A stretch of 64,000 nucleotides of DNA from an uncultured virus (IMG/VR IMGVR_UViG_3300045284_000273) (IMGVR_UViG_3300045284_000273), one strand, 5' to 3'. Shown: positions 18,487 through 28,306, counted from the stretch's first letter. Notes: generated by a model not told the origin, from the sequence alone. Numbers and translations: made by a program.

Positions 18487-18800
18487 AGATCACTGACCCG
18501 GTGATGGACACCGACAACAAGTACATCGTCTTTCGCAAGCCCGAGGCACTGCTCGTCTCCGATGGCTACATCACCTTCAAGGTGGACTCGGTGGTGCCTG
18601 ATGCTGTTGTGATACGACGCCAGGACCTGTTCGCCTCCCCGGCGCTGGCTTCCTACGCAGCGAGCATCGCTATTGCTATCCGTGTGGCCGAGTCCCATCA
18701 GGACATGGCTTTGGTGAGCCAACTGCTGCGGGTGGCCGACTACTTCCAGCGGCAGAGCGAGCTTGCCGCTGACGAGGGCTGGAAGTTGCCCGATGTCTAA
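18474..18800 (+). CDS. Hypothetical phage protein
   Basis: KYIVF...AVVIRRQDLFASPALASYA. Confidence 0.6.
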   Translation: MDPVKITDPVMDTDNKYIVFRKPEALLVSDGYITFKVDSVVPDAVVIRRQDLFASPALASYAASIAIAIRVAESHQDMALVSQLLRVADYFQRQSELAADEGWKLPDV

Positions 18801-18814
18801 CCAAAGGAGAACAC

Positions 18815-19249
18815 ATGAACCGTTACAGTCCAACTGACGTTGTATTTCCGATCTTCGATGATGACAAGCACGAGGACATCTTGGCGTGTCCTGTGTGTCA
18901 CGAAGAGGGAGGGCTGCACATCGACTCAGTGGTGGTTCTCACCGGGAACGGGCGCGGCATGCGGCTCAAGTCCGGTGGAGAAGATGAGCACAACGGTGTT
19001 GATGCAGTGACACTCGATGCTGATGAATGCCAGGAGCTTGCGGCACTGGCTGGCCACTTTTCAGGACCTGGGGGAGGTGTGGGACGCAGACATGTTGTGA
19101 TACTGGAAGGCGACTGCGAGCAGAACCATCGGTTTCAGGTTCACTTTCGACAAGCCAAAGGTACGACGTACATCAAGGTGCTGAACCTTGGCGGATACAC
19201 CCCCGATTGGATGACAGCGCCACCCTTGGCCGAGGACCTTTGGCCCTGA
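18815..19249 (+). CDS. Hypothetical protein (CxxC)
   Basis: AAGGAG RBS; LACPVCH. Confidence 0.6.
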   Translation: MNRYSPTDVVFPIFDDDKHEDILACPVCHEEGGLHIDSVVVLTGNGRGMRLKSGGEDEHNGVDAVTLDADECQELAALAGHFSGPGGGVGRRHVVILEGDCEQNHRFQVHFRQAKGTTYIKVLNLGGYTPDWMTAPPLAEDLWP

Positions 19250-19704
19250 GATACCTGCTGCTGCTCTTGGCGCTGAGCGCTTGCGGAGTAGCAGTTGGTG
19301 ACAAACCGGAGAAGGTGACGATCTGCCACATCCCACCAGGCAACCCGGCCAACGCCCATACGATCGAAGTCTCCCCGAACGCTGTACCCGCCCACTTGGC
19401 CCATGGCGATCATCTGGGGCCGTGCCTACCGAATGAGACGACAACGACAACGGAGGAACCGACATCAACAAGCACAACGACCCCGGCGCTACCCACTACT
19501 ACGGTGACGGTTGCGACGACGACCACGGTCGTGCCGACCACCCTCTCGCCATCCCCAACGTCCACCACATCGTCATCAACGACGCTGGTGAGTACGACGA
19601 GCACGACGACAGCCTCATCGACCGTGCCGTCGAGTACTACACCGCCGTCGAGTACTACGCCAACGACGACCCCAGTCGGCCCGACACTGCCGGGGACTAG
19701 ATGA
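19240..19704 (+). CDS. Putative lipoprotein with a small Cys/His domain and Thr/Ser/Pro-rich stalk
   Basis: TTG after GAGGA; LLLLLALSAC lipobox; KVTICHIPPGNPANAHTI...HLAHGDHLGPC; T/S-rich tail. Confidence 0.65.
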   Translation: MALRYLLLLLALSACGVAVGDKPEKVTICHIPPGNPANAHTIEVSPNAVPAHLAHGDHLGPCLPNETTTTTEEPTSTSTTTPALPTTTVTVATTTTVVPTTLSPSPTSTTSSSTTLVSTTSTTTASSTVPSSTTPPSSTTPTTTPVGPTLPGTR

Positions 19705-19869
19705 CACTCTGCGATCTGTGCACGTCGTATGTCAACGAGTCGTACACCTTCGGCAAGAAGGTGTTTCATCCCAAGGAGCGACCGTGCGACCATGTAGAGC
19801 CAGAGCGGAAATCGAACGAACCGGACGAAGAAGTGTGGAACAAGCTCAAGCAAGCGCAGGAGGAAATCT

Positions 19870-20409
19870 GTGATTCTCGGGATTGACCCTGGCCTCAGCG
19901 GTGCAGTGGCTGCCGTGTTCTACGACGGCGGGCTGGCGTGGGTGCGCGATCTGCCAGTGGTGGACAAGAACATCAACGCCACCGAGTTCTCCCACCTGTT
20001 GCGAGAGCACGACATCTCCCTGGCGGTGGTTGAGCGGGTGGCCTCGATGCCCCGCCAGGGTGTGGCTTCGGTGTTCAAGTTCGGCAAGGGCTATGGCCAG
20101 ATACTCGGTGTGCTCGCCGCTCATGAGATACCAATCTCCGAGCCGACGCCGACGCAGTGGAAGACGGCGATGAACCTCTCCAAAGACAAGGAACTGAGCC
20201 GAGCCATGGCGATCAAGACCTGGCCGAGCATGGCCGAGTTCTTCAAGCTCAAGAAGCACGATGGCCGCGCCGAGGCGGCGCTGATGGCGTTGTGGTACCT
20301 GCGCAAGACTTCTTCACTGCCCGAGCGCGTGGACACACCGACCCGTCTCACACCCGCCACCACCGAGAAGCGCTCTCGGTCGATTCCTCGGAGGTCCATA
20401 GCCGGGTAA
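19870..20409 (+). CDS. ruvC: RuvC-like Holliday junction resolvase
   Basis: ILGIDPG, VVERV, FKFG..YG, PTQWK, DGRAEA. Confidence 0.85.
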   Translation: MILGIDPGLSGAVAAVFYDGGLAWVRDLPVVDKNINATEFSHLLREHDISLAVVERVASMPRQGVASVFKFGKGYGQILGVLAAHEIPISEPTPTQWKTAMNLSKDKELSRAMAIKTWPSMAEFFKLKKHDGRAEAALMALWYLRKTSSLPERVDTPTRLTPATTEKRSRSIPRRSIAG

Positions 20410-20457
20410 GGGTCGGGTGATACCCTCCTATGGACTGGAGCACTGGAGGAACACCTG

Positions 20458-20757
20458 ATGAGCGTTGCCGACCTACAAGAACGTGAGGTCGAGAACCTGA
20501 TCCGGGTGTCAGCGACGACTCCTCCACAAGCAGTTGCCAACTCGATCTTCAAGGTCATCTTCGAGCAGCAGACCATGCCGATCATCCGCGCTATCGGAGC
20601 CGGAGCGGTGTGTCAAGCGTGCAAAGGCATCGCCATAGCGCGCGGTCTGGTGGCCACCAGAGGGCGCGATCTCGCCACCACTGTCGGTTTCGACACGATC
20701 AAGGGCAACTCGGGAACCGACATCAGCGCGCAGACCTTCCACCTCTTCCTGAGGTAG
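20458..20757 (+). CDS. spoVS: SpoVS-like (Alba-fold) nucleic-acid-binding protein
   Basis: IRVSATTPPQAVANSI...IRAIGAGAVCQACKGIAIARG closely follows the SpoVS pattern (AIGAGALNQAVKAVAIARG). Confidence 0.8.
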   Translation: MSVADLQEREVENLIRVSATTPPQAVANSIFKVIFEQQTMPIIRAIGAGAVCQACKGIAIARGLVATRGRDLATTVGFDTIKGNSGTDISAQTFHLFLR

Positions 20758-20760
20758 GCC

Positions 20761-21660
20761 ATGGGTCGCTTCACTGGCGTCTTCCGAGGTAAGGCAGTGC
20801 AGGTCAACGGCCTGTCGATCACCGCCTTCGTGCCCCAGGTGTACGGCGAGCAGCCCATCGTGGTCAGCGACTTCATCGGAGACGTTCCGGCCGACCCCGG
20901 CATGGGTTGGGTCCTGTTCCAAGCAGGCAATCCTGAGTTCCCGGTGTGGATCGGCAAGCTCGCCAGCGCTGGTGATGGTGGTGGCACTGGCGGCGGCACC
21001 AACGAGGTTTGGATCGGTCCCAACGACCCGATCCCAGCCAACCCGACCATCGAGTTGTGGTACGACGAGGACGAGACACCAGGCGGCGGCCTGCTTCCTC
21101 CCGGTGGCACGGCAGGACAGGTACTGACCAAGAACACAGCCACTGATTTCGACACTGGTTGGAGTACGCCGGTATCGCTGATCATGAGTGGCACGGAGGC
21201 TGCCAAGCCAGGGGTTCCTTCGCCGGGCACTCAGTACTTTGCCCTCAACACCTGGCGTCAATGGCTCTTCGATGGTACCGGCTGGATCATCATGGAAGAG
21301 CCGGTCCAGACCAGCTTTAACTCGGTCATCGGTGCGACCACAGGCACTATCACAACAGTGGGAGCCAAGACGTTCAACTACCGTCGATCGAACGGCAGTT
21401 GCTTCTGGGACGCCGACGTGACCATCACCACTGTTGGCACGGCTGCTGGCTTGCTCACCATGACGCTGCCGTTCGCCGTCCCTGCTGGCACAGCCTTCAT
21501 CGGCAACGGTCGTGAAGACGCCTCGACTGGCAACCTGCTGCAGGTCAAGGCCACCGGAACGACGGCCAGCGTGGGCACCTACAACAATGCTTTCCCAGGA
21601 GGCAATGGTATGCACCTGATCATGAGCGGTCGCTACCGGATGCTGACGGGGTACTCCTGA
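20761..21660 (+). CDS. Baseplate spike-like OB-fold (gp5/gpV-type) fused to a fibre domain
   Basis: FTGVFRG...VPQVYG...GWVLFQAGNPEFPVWIG resembles the gpV/gp5 OB-fold; followed by a WYD module, LPPGGTAGQVLTK and a beta-rich tip. Confidence 0.6.
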   Translation: MGRFTGVFRGKAVQVNGLSITAFVPQVYGEQPIVVSDFIGDVPADPGMGWVLFQAGNPEFPVWIGKLASAGDGGGTGGGTNEVWIGPNDPIPANPTIELWYDEDETPGGGLLPPGGTAGQVLTKNTATDFDTGWSTPVSLIMSGTEAAKPGVPSPGTQYFALNTWRQWLFDGTGWIIMEEPVQTSFNSVIGATTGTITTVGAKTFNYRRSNGSCFWDADVTITTVGTAAGLLTMTLPFAVPAGTAFIGNGREDASTGNLLQVKATGTTASVGTYNNAFPGGNGMHLIMSGRYRMLTGYS

Positions 21661-21923
21661 TGGGCGTTCTCAAGGCACGCGTCGGCGGCATCTGGGTTCC
21701 TGTCGGAGCAGGGCAGGACGAACAGGCCCAGGCATACCGTCATATCCAGACCACACCGGCCACCGTGTGGAACATCGACCACGGCCTCAGCTTCTACCCC
21801 CATGTGACAGTCGTTGACTCATCGCATCGCGAAGTGTTCCCCGACCACATCGACTTCCCATCCGCAACGACTGTCGTCGTGACCTTCACCGCCTCTGTCG
21901 GCGGCGAGGCGTATCTCTCCTAG
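21660..21923 (+). CDS. Small tail-associated protein
   Basis: MGVLKARVGGIWV N-terminus; HIQTTPATVWNIDHGL..PHVTVVD. Confidence 0.65.
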   Translation: MGVLKARVGGIWVPVGAGQDEQAQAYRHIQTTPATVWNIDHGLSFYPHVTVVDSSHREVFPDHIDFPSATTVVVTFTASVGGEAYLS

Positions 21924-21931
21924 GGGGCACC

Positions 21932-23164
21932 ATGGCTGTCTATTACGGCGTCATCGACCTGTCGAAGAACGAGCTTCGTAACGCAGCGATCCACAACCTG
22001 CCAGCGGCTCCGAGCGCTCCGGTCAAAGGTCAGGTGTACTTCGACACCACCACCAATGTTCTCTACTGGTGGAACGGCGCGGTGTGGGTTGCGGCTCAGG
22101 CCAGTGCACCGGCCACCACTGTCACCACGCAAGCGATCGGTGATGCACCTGTTGTCGGGGTGGGTCCCAACTTCGCTCGTGAAGACCACAAGCACGGCAT
22201 GCCCGCCTTCGGGGCGATCACCACTGAGACGACGTTCGGAACTGCATCCGGCAACGGCGTTGCTGCCACACTCGCTCGTTCCGATCACACACACGGCAAC
22301 CCGGTCCACGATGCGACGGCGCACGCCACCATCCCGCTGTCGGCGCTGGCCGCAGCGACCGGCCCCGTCAACATCGGCAGCCAACGCCTGGTCAATGTTG
22401 CCGATCCTGTCTCGGCTACCGATGGTGCCAACAAGCAGTACGTGGACAACGCCATCGCCGGTCTGTCGTGGAAGGACTCGGTGCGTTGTGCCTCGACCGG
22501 CAACCTCGGCCTGACCGGCCTCGCTGCCGTTGATGGTGTCACACCAAGCGCCAACGATCGCGTGCTCGTTAAGAACCAGACCACTCCGGCGCAGAACGGC
22601 ATCTATCTCGCCCAATCCGGCGCGTGGACCAGAGCACTCGACGCCGACGCTGCCAACGAGCTTGAAGGCATGGCCGTCTTCGTCAATGAGGGCACGGTCA
22701 ACGCCGACACATCATGGGTGTGCACCGCCAACGCACCGATCACCGTTGGAACCACTGCTCTGCCCTTCTCCCAGTTCCAAGGCAGCGGCACCTACAACGC
22801 TGGCGCAGGCCTGGTCCAGAACGCCAACGCCTTCGACGTGGTTGCTGGTGATACCAGCCTGACGGTGAGCGCTGATGCCGTCATCGTCAACACTGCCGTC
22901 ATCGCCACTCGGGCCTACGTGGATACGGCGGTTACAGGGGTCACCAAGAAGTTCGCCGCCGCACTCACCGGCACCATTGCCTATGCCACCGGCGAGGTGG
23001 TCACCCACAACCTGAACACACGCGACGTGGATGTGTCGGTGGTCAACGGCAACAGTCCGTGGGCCGCTATCGGAGTGGACTGGGAAGCCACCTCGCTCAA
23101 CACCGTGACGATCCGCTACAACCCGAACATCGGTGCCGGGTATCGAGCCGTGGTGATCGGCTGA
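21932..23164 (+). CDS. Tail fibre / structural protein
   Basis: GQVYFDTTTNVLYWWNG, AREDHKH, DGANKQYVD, RVLVKNQTTPAQNGIY fibre motifs. Confidence 0.75.
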   Translation: MAVYYGVIDLSKNELRNAAIHNLPAAPSAPVKGQVYFDTTTNVLYWWNGAVWVAAQASAPATTVTTQAIGDAPVVGVGPNFAREDHKHGMPAFGAITTETTFGTASGNGVAATLARSDHTHGNPVHDATAHATIPLSALAAATGPVNIGSQRLVNVADPVSATDGANKQYVDNAIAGLSWKDSVRCASTGNLGLTGLAAVDGVTPSANDRVLVKNQTTPAQNGIYLAQSGAWTRALDADAANELEGMAVFVNEGTVNADTSWVCTANAPITVGTTALPFSQFQGSGTYNAGAGLVQNANAFDVVAGDTSLTVSADAVIVNTAVIATRAYVDTAVTGVTKKFAAALTGTIAYATGEVVTHNLNTRDVDVSVVNGNSPWAAIGVDWEATSLNTVTIRYNPNIGAGYRAVVIG

Positions 23165-23165
23165 G

Positions 23166-24074
23166 ATGCCTCGTTCATTCGGCACCACCAACTCTGCGCC
23201 GTATGCCAGCGCGCCTGCAGTTGGTCCTGCCGGTGACACCTACTTCAACACCACCAACAAGATTCTGTACGTCTCGGATGGGACCACTTGGAATGATGCC
23301 GGAGGCTCAGGCAACGAGGTCACCGTCGCGCCTGACGATCCGATACCGACGTATCCGAACACCGAACTGTGGTATGACACGGACGCCCCGGCGAGTGTGG
23401 CCCCCGGTGCCGGTGTGCCTGCCGGAACCATCGCCCAGACCATCTGCGTGGTCGCCCCGACCGGCTGGCTGTTCCTCGACGGCTCGGTCATCACCAACGG
23501 GCAGACTCTCTACCCCAACCTGTGGAGTGTGATACCAGCGGCTTGGAAGAGCGGTGCCAACATCATCTTCCCCAACGCCAGCGGTCGTGCGTTGGCGTGT
23601 GCAGGTTCCGGAGCAGGGCTGACCGCCAGGGCACTCGCTGCCACGGTCGGTACAGAGACGGTGCAACTGACCGCCGCCGAGTCGGGGATGCCCGCGCACA
23701 CTCCGACCGCTTCGTCCACCAGCGTCAACATCGACCACAACCATGGGGCCTCTTCGGGCTTCCAGAATGCCGCTCACCAGCACGGTCCTTCGACTGGCGG
23801 TTTGTTCTGGGCGAACATCGGCGGTGGGTCGTTGACGGGTATCGACATTGGCGATGCTGTTTCCGGTGGTTCCAGTTACCTAGCGCACATCTCGCAAGGC
23901 GGGACAACGGCGAGCGAGAACGCCAACCACGCTCACGGCATCACTGTGAACTCGACATCGGGACTGGCACACAGCCACCCGATTACCGTCAACCAGGTGG
24001 CAGCGGTCGGTGCATCAGCGGCACACAACAACATGCAACCATCCATCTTCTTCAATGTGATGATCAAGACGTGA
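23166..24074 (+). CDS. Tail fibre protein with collar domain
   Basis: PAGTI...APTGWLFLDG...YPNL collar domain; HxH repeats; AHNNMQP. Confidence 0.8.
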   Translation: MPRSFGTTNSAPYASAPAVGPAGDTYFNTTNKILYVSDGTTWNDAGGSGNEVTVAPDDPIPTYPNTELWYDTDAPASVAPGAGVPAGTIAQTICVVAPTGWLFLDGSVITNGQTLYPNLWSVIPAAWKSGANIIFPNASGRALACAGSGAGLTARALAATVGTETVQLTAAESGMPAHTPTASSTSVNIDHNHGASSGFQNAAHQHGPSTGGLFWANIGGGSLTGIDIGDAVSGGSSYLAHISQGGTTASENANHAHGITVNSTSGLAHSHPITVNQVAAVGASAAHNNMQPSIFFNVMIKT

Positions 24075-24081
24075 GGTACTG

Positions 24082-24930
24082 ATGGGAGTCCTACGAGCAC
24101 GCGTTGGTGGCACCTGGGTGGACATCGCTGGCAGCAACGATGAGGTCTACGTCGGTCCCGATACGCCGGTCGATACCGTGACCGAACTGTGGTATGACAC
24201 CGATGAGACCGGCCCGCTGACACCACCATCGGCAGGGATGCTCAAGGCCAAGGTCGGTGGTACATGGGTGCCGGTGGCTGCAGCAGGCAGCGGTGGGGGC
24301 AGTGATGAAGTCTCCATCAGCGCTACCGATCCGATCGGCACTGCTCCGACGACCGAGTTGTGGTATGACACTGACGACGTGATGAGCGGCGCGCCGATGA
24401 ACCGGCAACTGTGTACATCAACGACTCGTCCTGTTGGCTATGACGGCTTGGAAATCTACGAGAGTGATACCAAGCGGGCCTACATTCATAACGGGATCAG
24501 TTGGGTGCTCAGCTTCGCCCCACCGTCCGAGCGCGTCTACGGTAAGACATTCGCCCCAGGCTCAACCCTCTCGGCAGGTACGGGCGGCGGTTATACCGAC
24601 TGGATGACACTCGACGCCGCAGTGCCGGTGCCGGTGTGGGCAACACGTTTCCGGTTCATGGTCAATGTCACCTATCTGCTCTTCGCCACGGCAGGTGGCA
24701 ACATCTACGGCGTGCGACTTGCTCTTGGTACGGCGTTCAGCACTGGGTTCAACTTCGATGACGCCAGCAAGAGTCACTTCGACCTGGCGTTCAACGAGAT
24801 TCTGAGCACTGTCAACCCTGGCACCAATCAGTCGCTGCGTGTGCAAGCGAACCGAGTTGGCGGTACTGGCACCTGGTCTGCTGGTACCTTTGGCACGACT
24901 GTTGGTATCACAATAGATTGGTTGCCGTAA
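24082..24930 (+). CDS. Tail fibre / receptor-binding protein
   Basis: MGVLRARVGGTWV; two ELWYDTD modules; beta-rich C-terminus. Confidence 0.7.
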   Translation: MGVLRARVGGTWVDIAGSNDEVYVGPDTPVDTVTELWYDTDETGPLTPPSAGMLKAKVGGTWVPVAAAGSGGGSDEVSISATDPIGTAPTTELWYDTDDVMSGAPMNRQLCTSTTRPVGYDGLEIYESDTKRAYIHNGISWVLSFAPPSERVYGKTFAPGSTLSAGTGGGYTDWMTLDAAVPVPVWATRFRFMVNVTYLLFATAGGNIYGVRLALGTAFSTGFNFDDASKSHFDLAFNEILSTVNPGTNQSLRVQANRVGGTGTWSAGTFGTTVGITIDWLP

Positions 24931-26162
24931 TGGGAGTCCTCCGAGCCAGAGTCGGTGGTGCATGGGTCGATATCGGTGGCGACCGCGACCAGGTATGGGT
25001 CAACCCCAGCGCTCCGACCGACCCCAACATTGAGTTGTGGTACGACACCGACGCACCGAGCCTGCTCGCCCCGGCGGTCTACGCCGGTCGCAACCTGCTC
25101 AACAACGGCCAGATGGCCGTCAACCAACGACAGGTCACCTCGGTCGCCGCCCTCACTTCCAACGTTCCTGCTGCTGATCGGCATTGGATTCAGAACAACG
25201 GCATCGGCACCATCGCCTGTTCTTACGTCCAGAACATCCCGGCCAACTTCAGTGTTGAAGTGCCAGCAGGACGGCCACGGCCCGGTCAGATTCAATACCT
25301 CTCGGTGGCCACCGCCGAAGCGGCGGGAGCCTTGGCAGCGGGCGATTACTTGCGTTGGCAGCAGGCCATCGAGGGCATCAATCTGCAACATCTCGGGTGG
25401 GGGACTCCGCAGGCACAACCAGTGACGGTGAGCTTCGATGTCTACTCCAGCGTCGCGAGCACCTTCGTCGCAGAGTTGTACCGCATCGAGACTCAGGCCC
25501 GCCATTCCGCGCAGACGTTCACTGTCGTCGCGGGTTTCCAAACGGTGACGATGACCTTCCCCGGTGACCAGACCACATTGGTCACCAACGACAGTGGTGC
25601 ACGACTGTACCTGTTCATCTATCTCGGTGCCGGATCGAACCTGACCAGTGCAGCGCTGTCGCTGCCATGGCGCAACTTCGTGGCCGGAGCCGAAGCAACC
25701 GGGGTGTCCAACAACTGGGCAGCGGGGGCGGGCAGCGTCTTCGCGCTCACCAATATGCAGCTTGAGGTTGGCGCTGCGGCCACGCCGTACGAGGTTCGCT
25801 CCATCAGCGACGAACTGCGCGACTGCCAACGGTACTTCGAGCGGATCGGCTCCACCTTGGAGGCGGTCACACCGTTCGGTGTCGGGATGAACTACAACAC
25901 CAACACTTGTGTCGCGGTGGTTCCTTTCCTTGTCCGCAAGCGAGTCATCCCTACGGTCACCTATGCCGCCGCAGCGCTGTTCTCGCTGTACACCTCGGCA
26001 GGTGCAGTCGTCGCCCTCAACTCGATCACGACGCACTCGGGAGGCACGACGGCAGTGTTGGTGACGTGCGGGACCAACGCCACCCAGGTCGCCGGTGATG
26101 CGACGATCCTGCGCGGCAACAACAACACCTCAGCATTCATCGACGTGTCGGCGGAAATCTGA
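24930..26162 (+). CDS. Tail fibre / receptor-binding protein (CBM-like)
   Basis: Start ATG 24930 (TAATG overlap); GRNLLNNGQMAVNQR...QLEVG..ATPYE...EL..CQRYF. Confidence 0.75.
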   Translation: MGVLRARVGGAWVDIGGDRDQVWVNPSAPTDPNIELWYDTDAPSLLAPAVYAGRNLLNNGQMAVNQRQVTSVAALTSNVPAADRHWIQNNGIGTIACSYVQNIPANFSVEVPAGRPRPGQIQYLSVATAEAAGALAAGDYLRWQQAIEGINLQHLGWGTPQAQPVTVSFDVYSSVASTFVAELYRIETQARHSAQTFTVVAGFQTVTMTFPGDQTTLVTNDSGARLYLFIYLGAGSNLTSAALSLPWRNFVAGAEATGVSNNWAAGAGSVFALTNMQLEVGAAATPYEVRSISDELRDCQRYFERIGSTLEAVTPFGVGMNYNTNTCVAVVPFLVRKRVIPTVTYAAAALFSLYTSAGAVVALNSITTHSGGTTAVLVTCGTNATQVAGDATILRGNNNTSAFIDVSAEI

Positions 26163-26854
26163 TGGGCGTCCTACGAGTCAAGGTTGGTGGCAACTGGGTA
26201 GACATTGGCGGGAGCAACGACCCCCTCTGGGTCGATCCCCTTGCCCCATCCGATCCGAACTACGAACTGTGGTATGACACTGGTGCTTCCAGCATGATCA
26301 GTTCGGCAGGGTCAGGACCGGAAGCGTCTCGGCCAGCAGCCAGCACGCTGACGAGCGGCCTCCATTACTTTGCCACCGACACCGGGCGAGAGTTTGTGTG
26401 CGATGGCACCGGCTGGATATGCCTGTATGAGCCGCTGCAGACCTACGCCCCGGCGACTACCAACATCAGTTTCGGTGCTTCGACCACCATCGGCGGCAAG
26501 TACGTCCGCAGAGCAGGACGATGTATTGGCAAGATTCTCTTCTACATGGGAGCGTCAGGGACAGCGGCAGTGATGGGCACTGGGCCGTTGCTTGGAGTTC
26601 CGTTCCCACCCGCCACCGATCTGGGGTTCAACGATTCCGATGGTGGCAACTCGGTGATGATCTACGACGCCACCGGCCCGAGGTTCTACGGGACCACGTA
26701 CCAGTCGGGCAGCAACCTCGGCATCCAAGCCCTTACCGTCAGCGGCACGGCTGTGATCGGCAGCACTGTTACGGCCAGCGTGCCGATGGTCTGGGCCTTC
26801 GGTGACTACATGTTCGTGAAGTTCGACTATCTGATGAACACGCCGTACCTATGA
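26162..26854 (+). CDS. Tail fibre / receptor-binding protein
   Basis: MGVLRVKVGGNWV; C-terminal part paralogous to 20761 (SGxEAxxP...YFA..T......DGTGWI...EP). Confidence 0.7.
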   Translation: MGVLRVKVGGNWVDIGGSNDPLWVDPLAPSDPNYELWYDTGASSMISSAGSGPEASRPAASTLTSGLHYFATDTGREFVCDGTGWICLYEPLQTYAPATTNISFGASTTIGGKYVRRAGRCIGKILFYMGASGTAAVMGTGPLLGVPFPPATDLGFNDSDGGNSVMIYDATGPRFYGTTYQSGSNLGIQALTVSGTAVIGSTVTASVPMVWAFGDYMFVKFDYLMNTPYL

Positions 26855-26864
26855 GGATGATCTG

Positions 26865-28007
26865 ATGGGCGTCTTACGAGTCAAAGTTGCTGGGCAATGG
26901 GTTGACGTAGCCGCCAGCGCGATCGTTCCCGGTCGCAACAAGGCAGACAACGGGGCGATGAACATTGCTCAGCGCGGCCTCACAGCGTTGACAGGTGTTG
27001 CTACCGATAGCGGTCAGCGCTTCGTTGATCGACACGCCTTCCGTAACTCCGCCTTGGGTGCAATGACATACCAGACCCAGGTCGATGGGCCACCCAACAC
27101 CGGGATCATGCAGTGCTTTGAAGTGGTGGTCACCACTGCTGATGGCGCTCCGGCAGCAGGTGACTACGGCATCTTCGCTCACGCTTTGGAGGGCCTGAAC
27201 GTTCAGGACTTCTTGTGGGGCACATCCAACGCTTTGCCGATCACAGTGTCGTGGTATCAGAAGACCAACTACCTCGGGCCGTTCATCGCTGAGATATTCC
27301 GCAACGACGCAGCACAGCGTTCAATAGCGGCTGTTGTTTCGGCGAACACCACGTCGGGAGTGTGGCAACGGCGTTCTGTCACCTTCCCCGGTGATGTCAC
27401 CGGAGTGATCACCAATGACAGTGCTGCCCGCGTGATCTTCAACCTGTTCTGTGGAGCCGGTTCGACGTACACAGGTGGCTCTTCGCTGCAGAATACCTGG
27501 GCAGCAACGGTCAACAACCAGCGCGCCTTCGGTGTCGGCAACTTGGCAGCGACCCTCAACAACTACTTGCGCATCACCGGGTTGCAGATCGAGATCGGAG
27601 CGAACGCTTCTCCGTTTGAGATGCGGCACTTTGCCGACGATCTGGCGCGCTGTCAGCGCTATGCGTTCTACCCCGGCTACAACGTGCCGACCGGGAACTA
27701 CGTCCACTGCGGCGCTGGGCAGGGTGTGAGTACTGCATCGACAGTGATGACTCATCAGTTCCCGGTGACGATGCGGGCCATCCCAACGCTGGACATGAAC
27801 TTCACTGCCTTCGCCAACTACTCATGTCACGATCGTGTCGGTGCCGCCGGGGCTTGTACGAACATCACTGCCGATGTCAACATGACGCCGACAACAGGAG
27901 CCGTGACGACTGCCAACACGGCGGCGTCGATGGTCGCCAACCGTCCGTACCACTTGCTCAAGAACTCAGGGCAAGTTGGGTGCCTCGGATGGAGCGCTGA
28001 TATCTGA
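26865..28007 (+). CDS. Tail fibre / receptor-binding protein (paralog of 24930)
   Basis: GRNKADNGAMNIAQRG, EGLNVQ...WGT, TFPGD...TNDS, QIEIG...CQRY. Confidence 0.75.
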   Translation: MGVLRVKVAGQWVDVAASAIVPGRNKADNGAMNIAQRGLTALTGVATDSGQRFVDRHAFRNSALGAMTYQTQVDGPPNTGIMQCFEVVVTTADGAPAAGDYGIFAHALEGLNVQDFLWGTSNALPITVSWYQKTNYLGPFIAEIFRNDAAQRSIAAVVSANTTSGVWQRRSVTFPGDVTGVITNDSAARVIFNLFCGAGSTYTGGSSLQNTWAATVNNQRAFGVGNLAATLNNYLRITGLQIEIGANASPFEMRHFADDLARCQRYAFYPGYNVPTGNYVHCGAGQGVSTASTVMTHQFPVTMRAIPTLDMNFTAFANYSCHDRVGAAGACTNITADVNMTPTTGAVTTANTAASMVANRPYHLLKNSGQVGCLGWSADI

Positions 28008-28061
28008 CAGGCGTGCGTGATACTACGGTATGGGTGAGACACCAGGAGGTGGCTATGCAAC

Positions 28062-28306
28062 GTGAAGAAGCGGACCCCGATCGGCAACGTGATGACCAGT
28101 ACGACCGGGAGTGGCAGGAGAACGAGGACGAGAAGGCGTACCAGGAGCGCAAGGGGGCGAGCTACAACATCACCCAGAAGCGTGCCGCTCAAGACCCCAA
28201 TGCCATGGCCTACGGTGGCCGTCGTCCGGGTGGGAGCAACGTGGTGCTCACCAACACCAGTGCCGCTGACGTTGCCGGGAGCGCGCGCCCGGTGCCGATG
28301 GGCTGA
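28062..28306 (+). CDS. Small hypothetical protein (frame and start uncertain)
   Basis: Gap between the fibre cluster and 28306; overlapping ORFs in two frames. Confidence 0.3.

Noticed and set aside
20761..28007. Diversity-generating retroelement or invertase shufflon acting on the fibres
   Set aside because: No reverse transcriptase or recombinase seen; all genes are co-oriented; shared motifs are conserved as protein with synonymous divergence, and no adenine-specific TR/VR pair was seen
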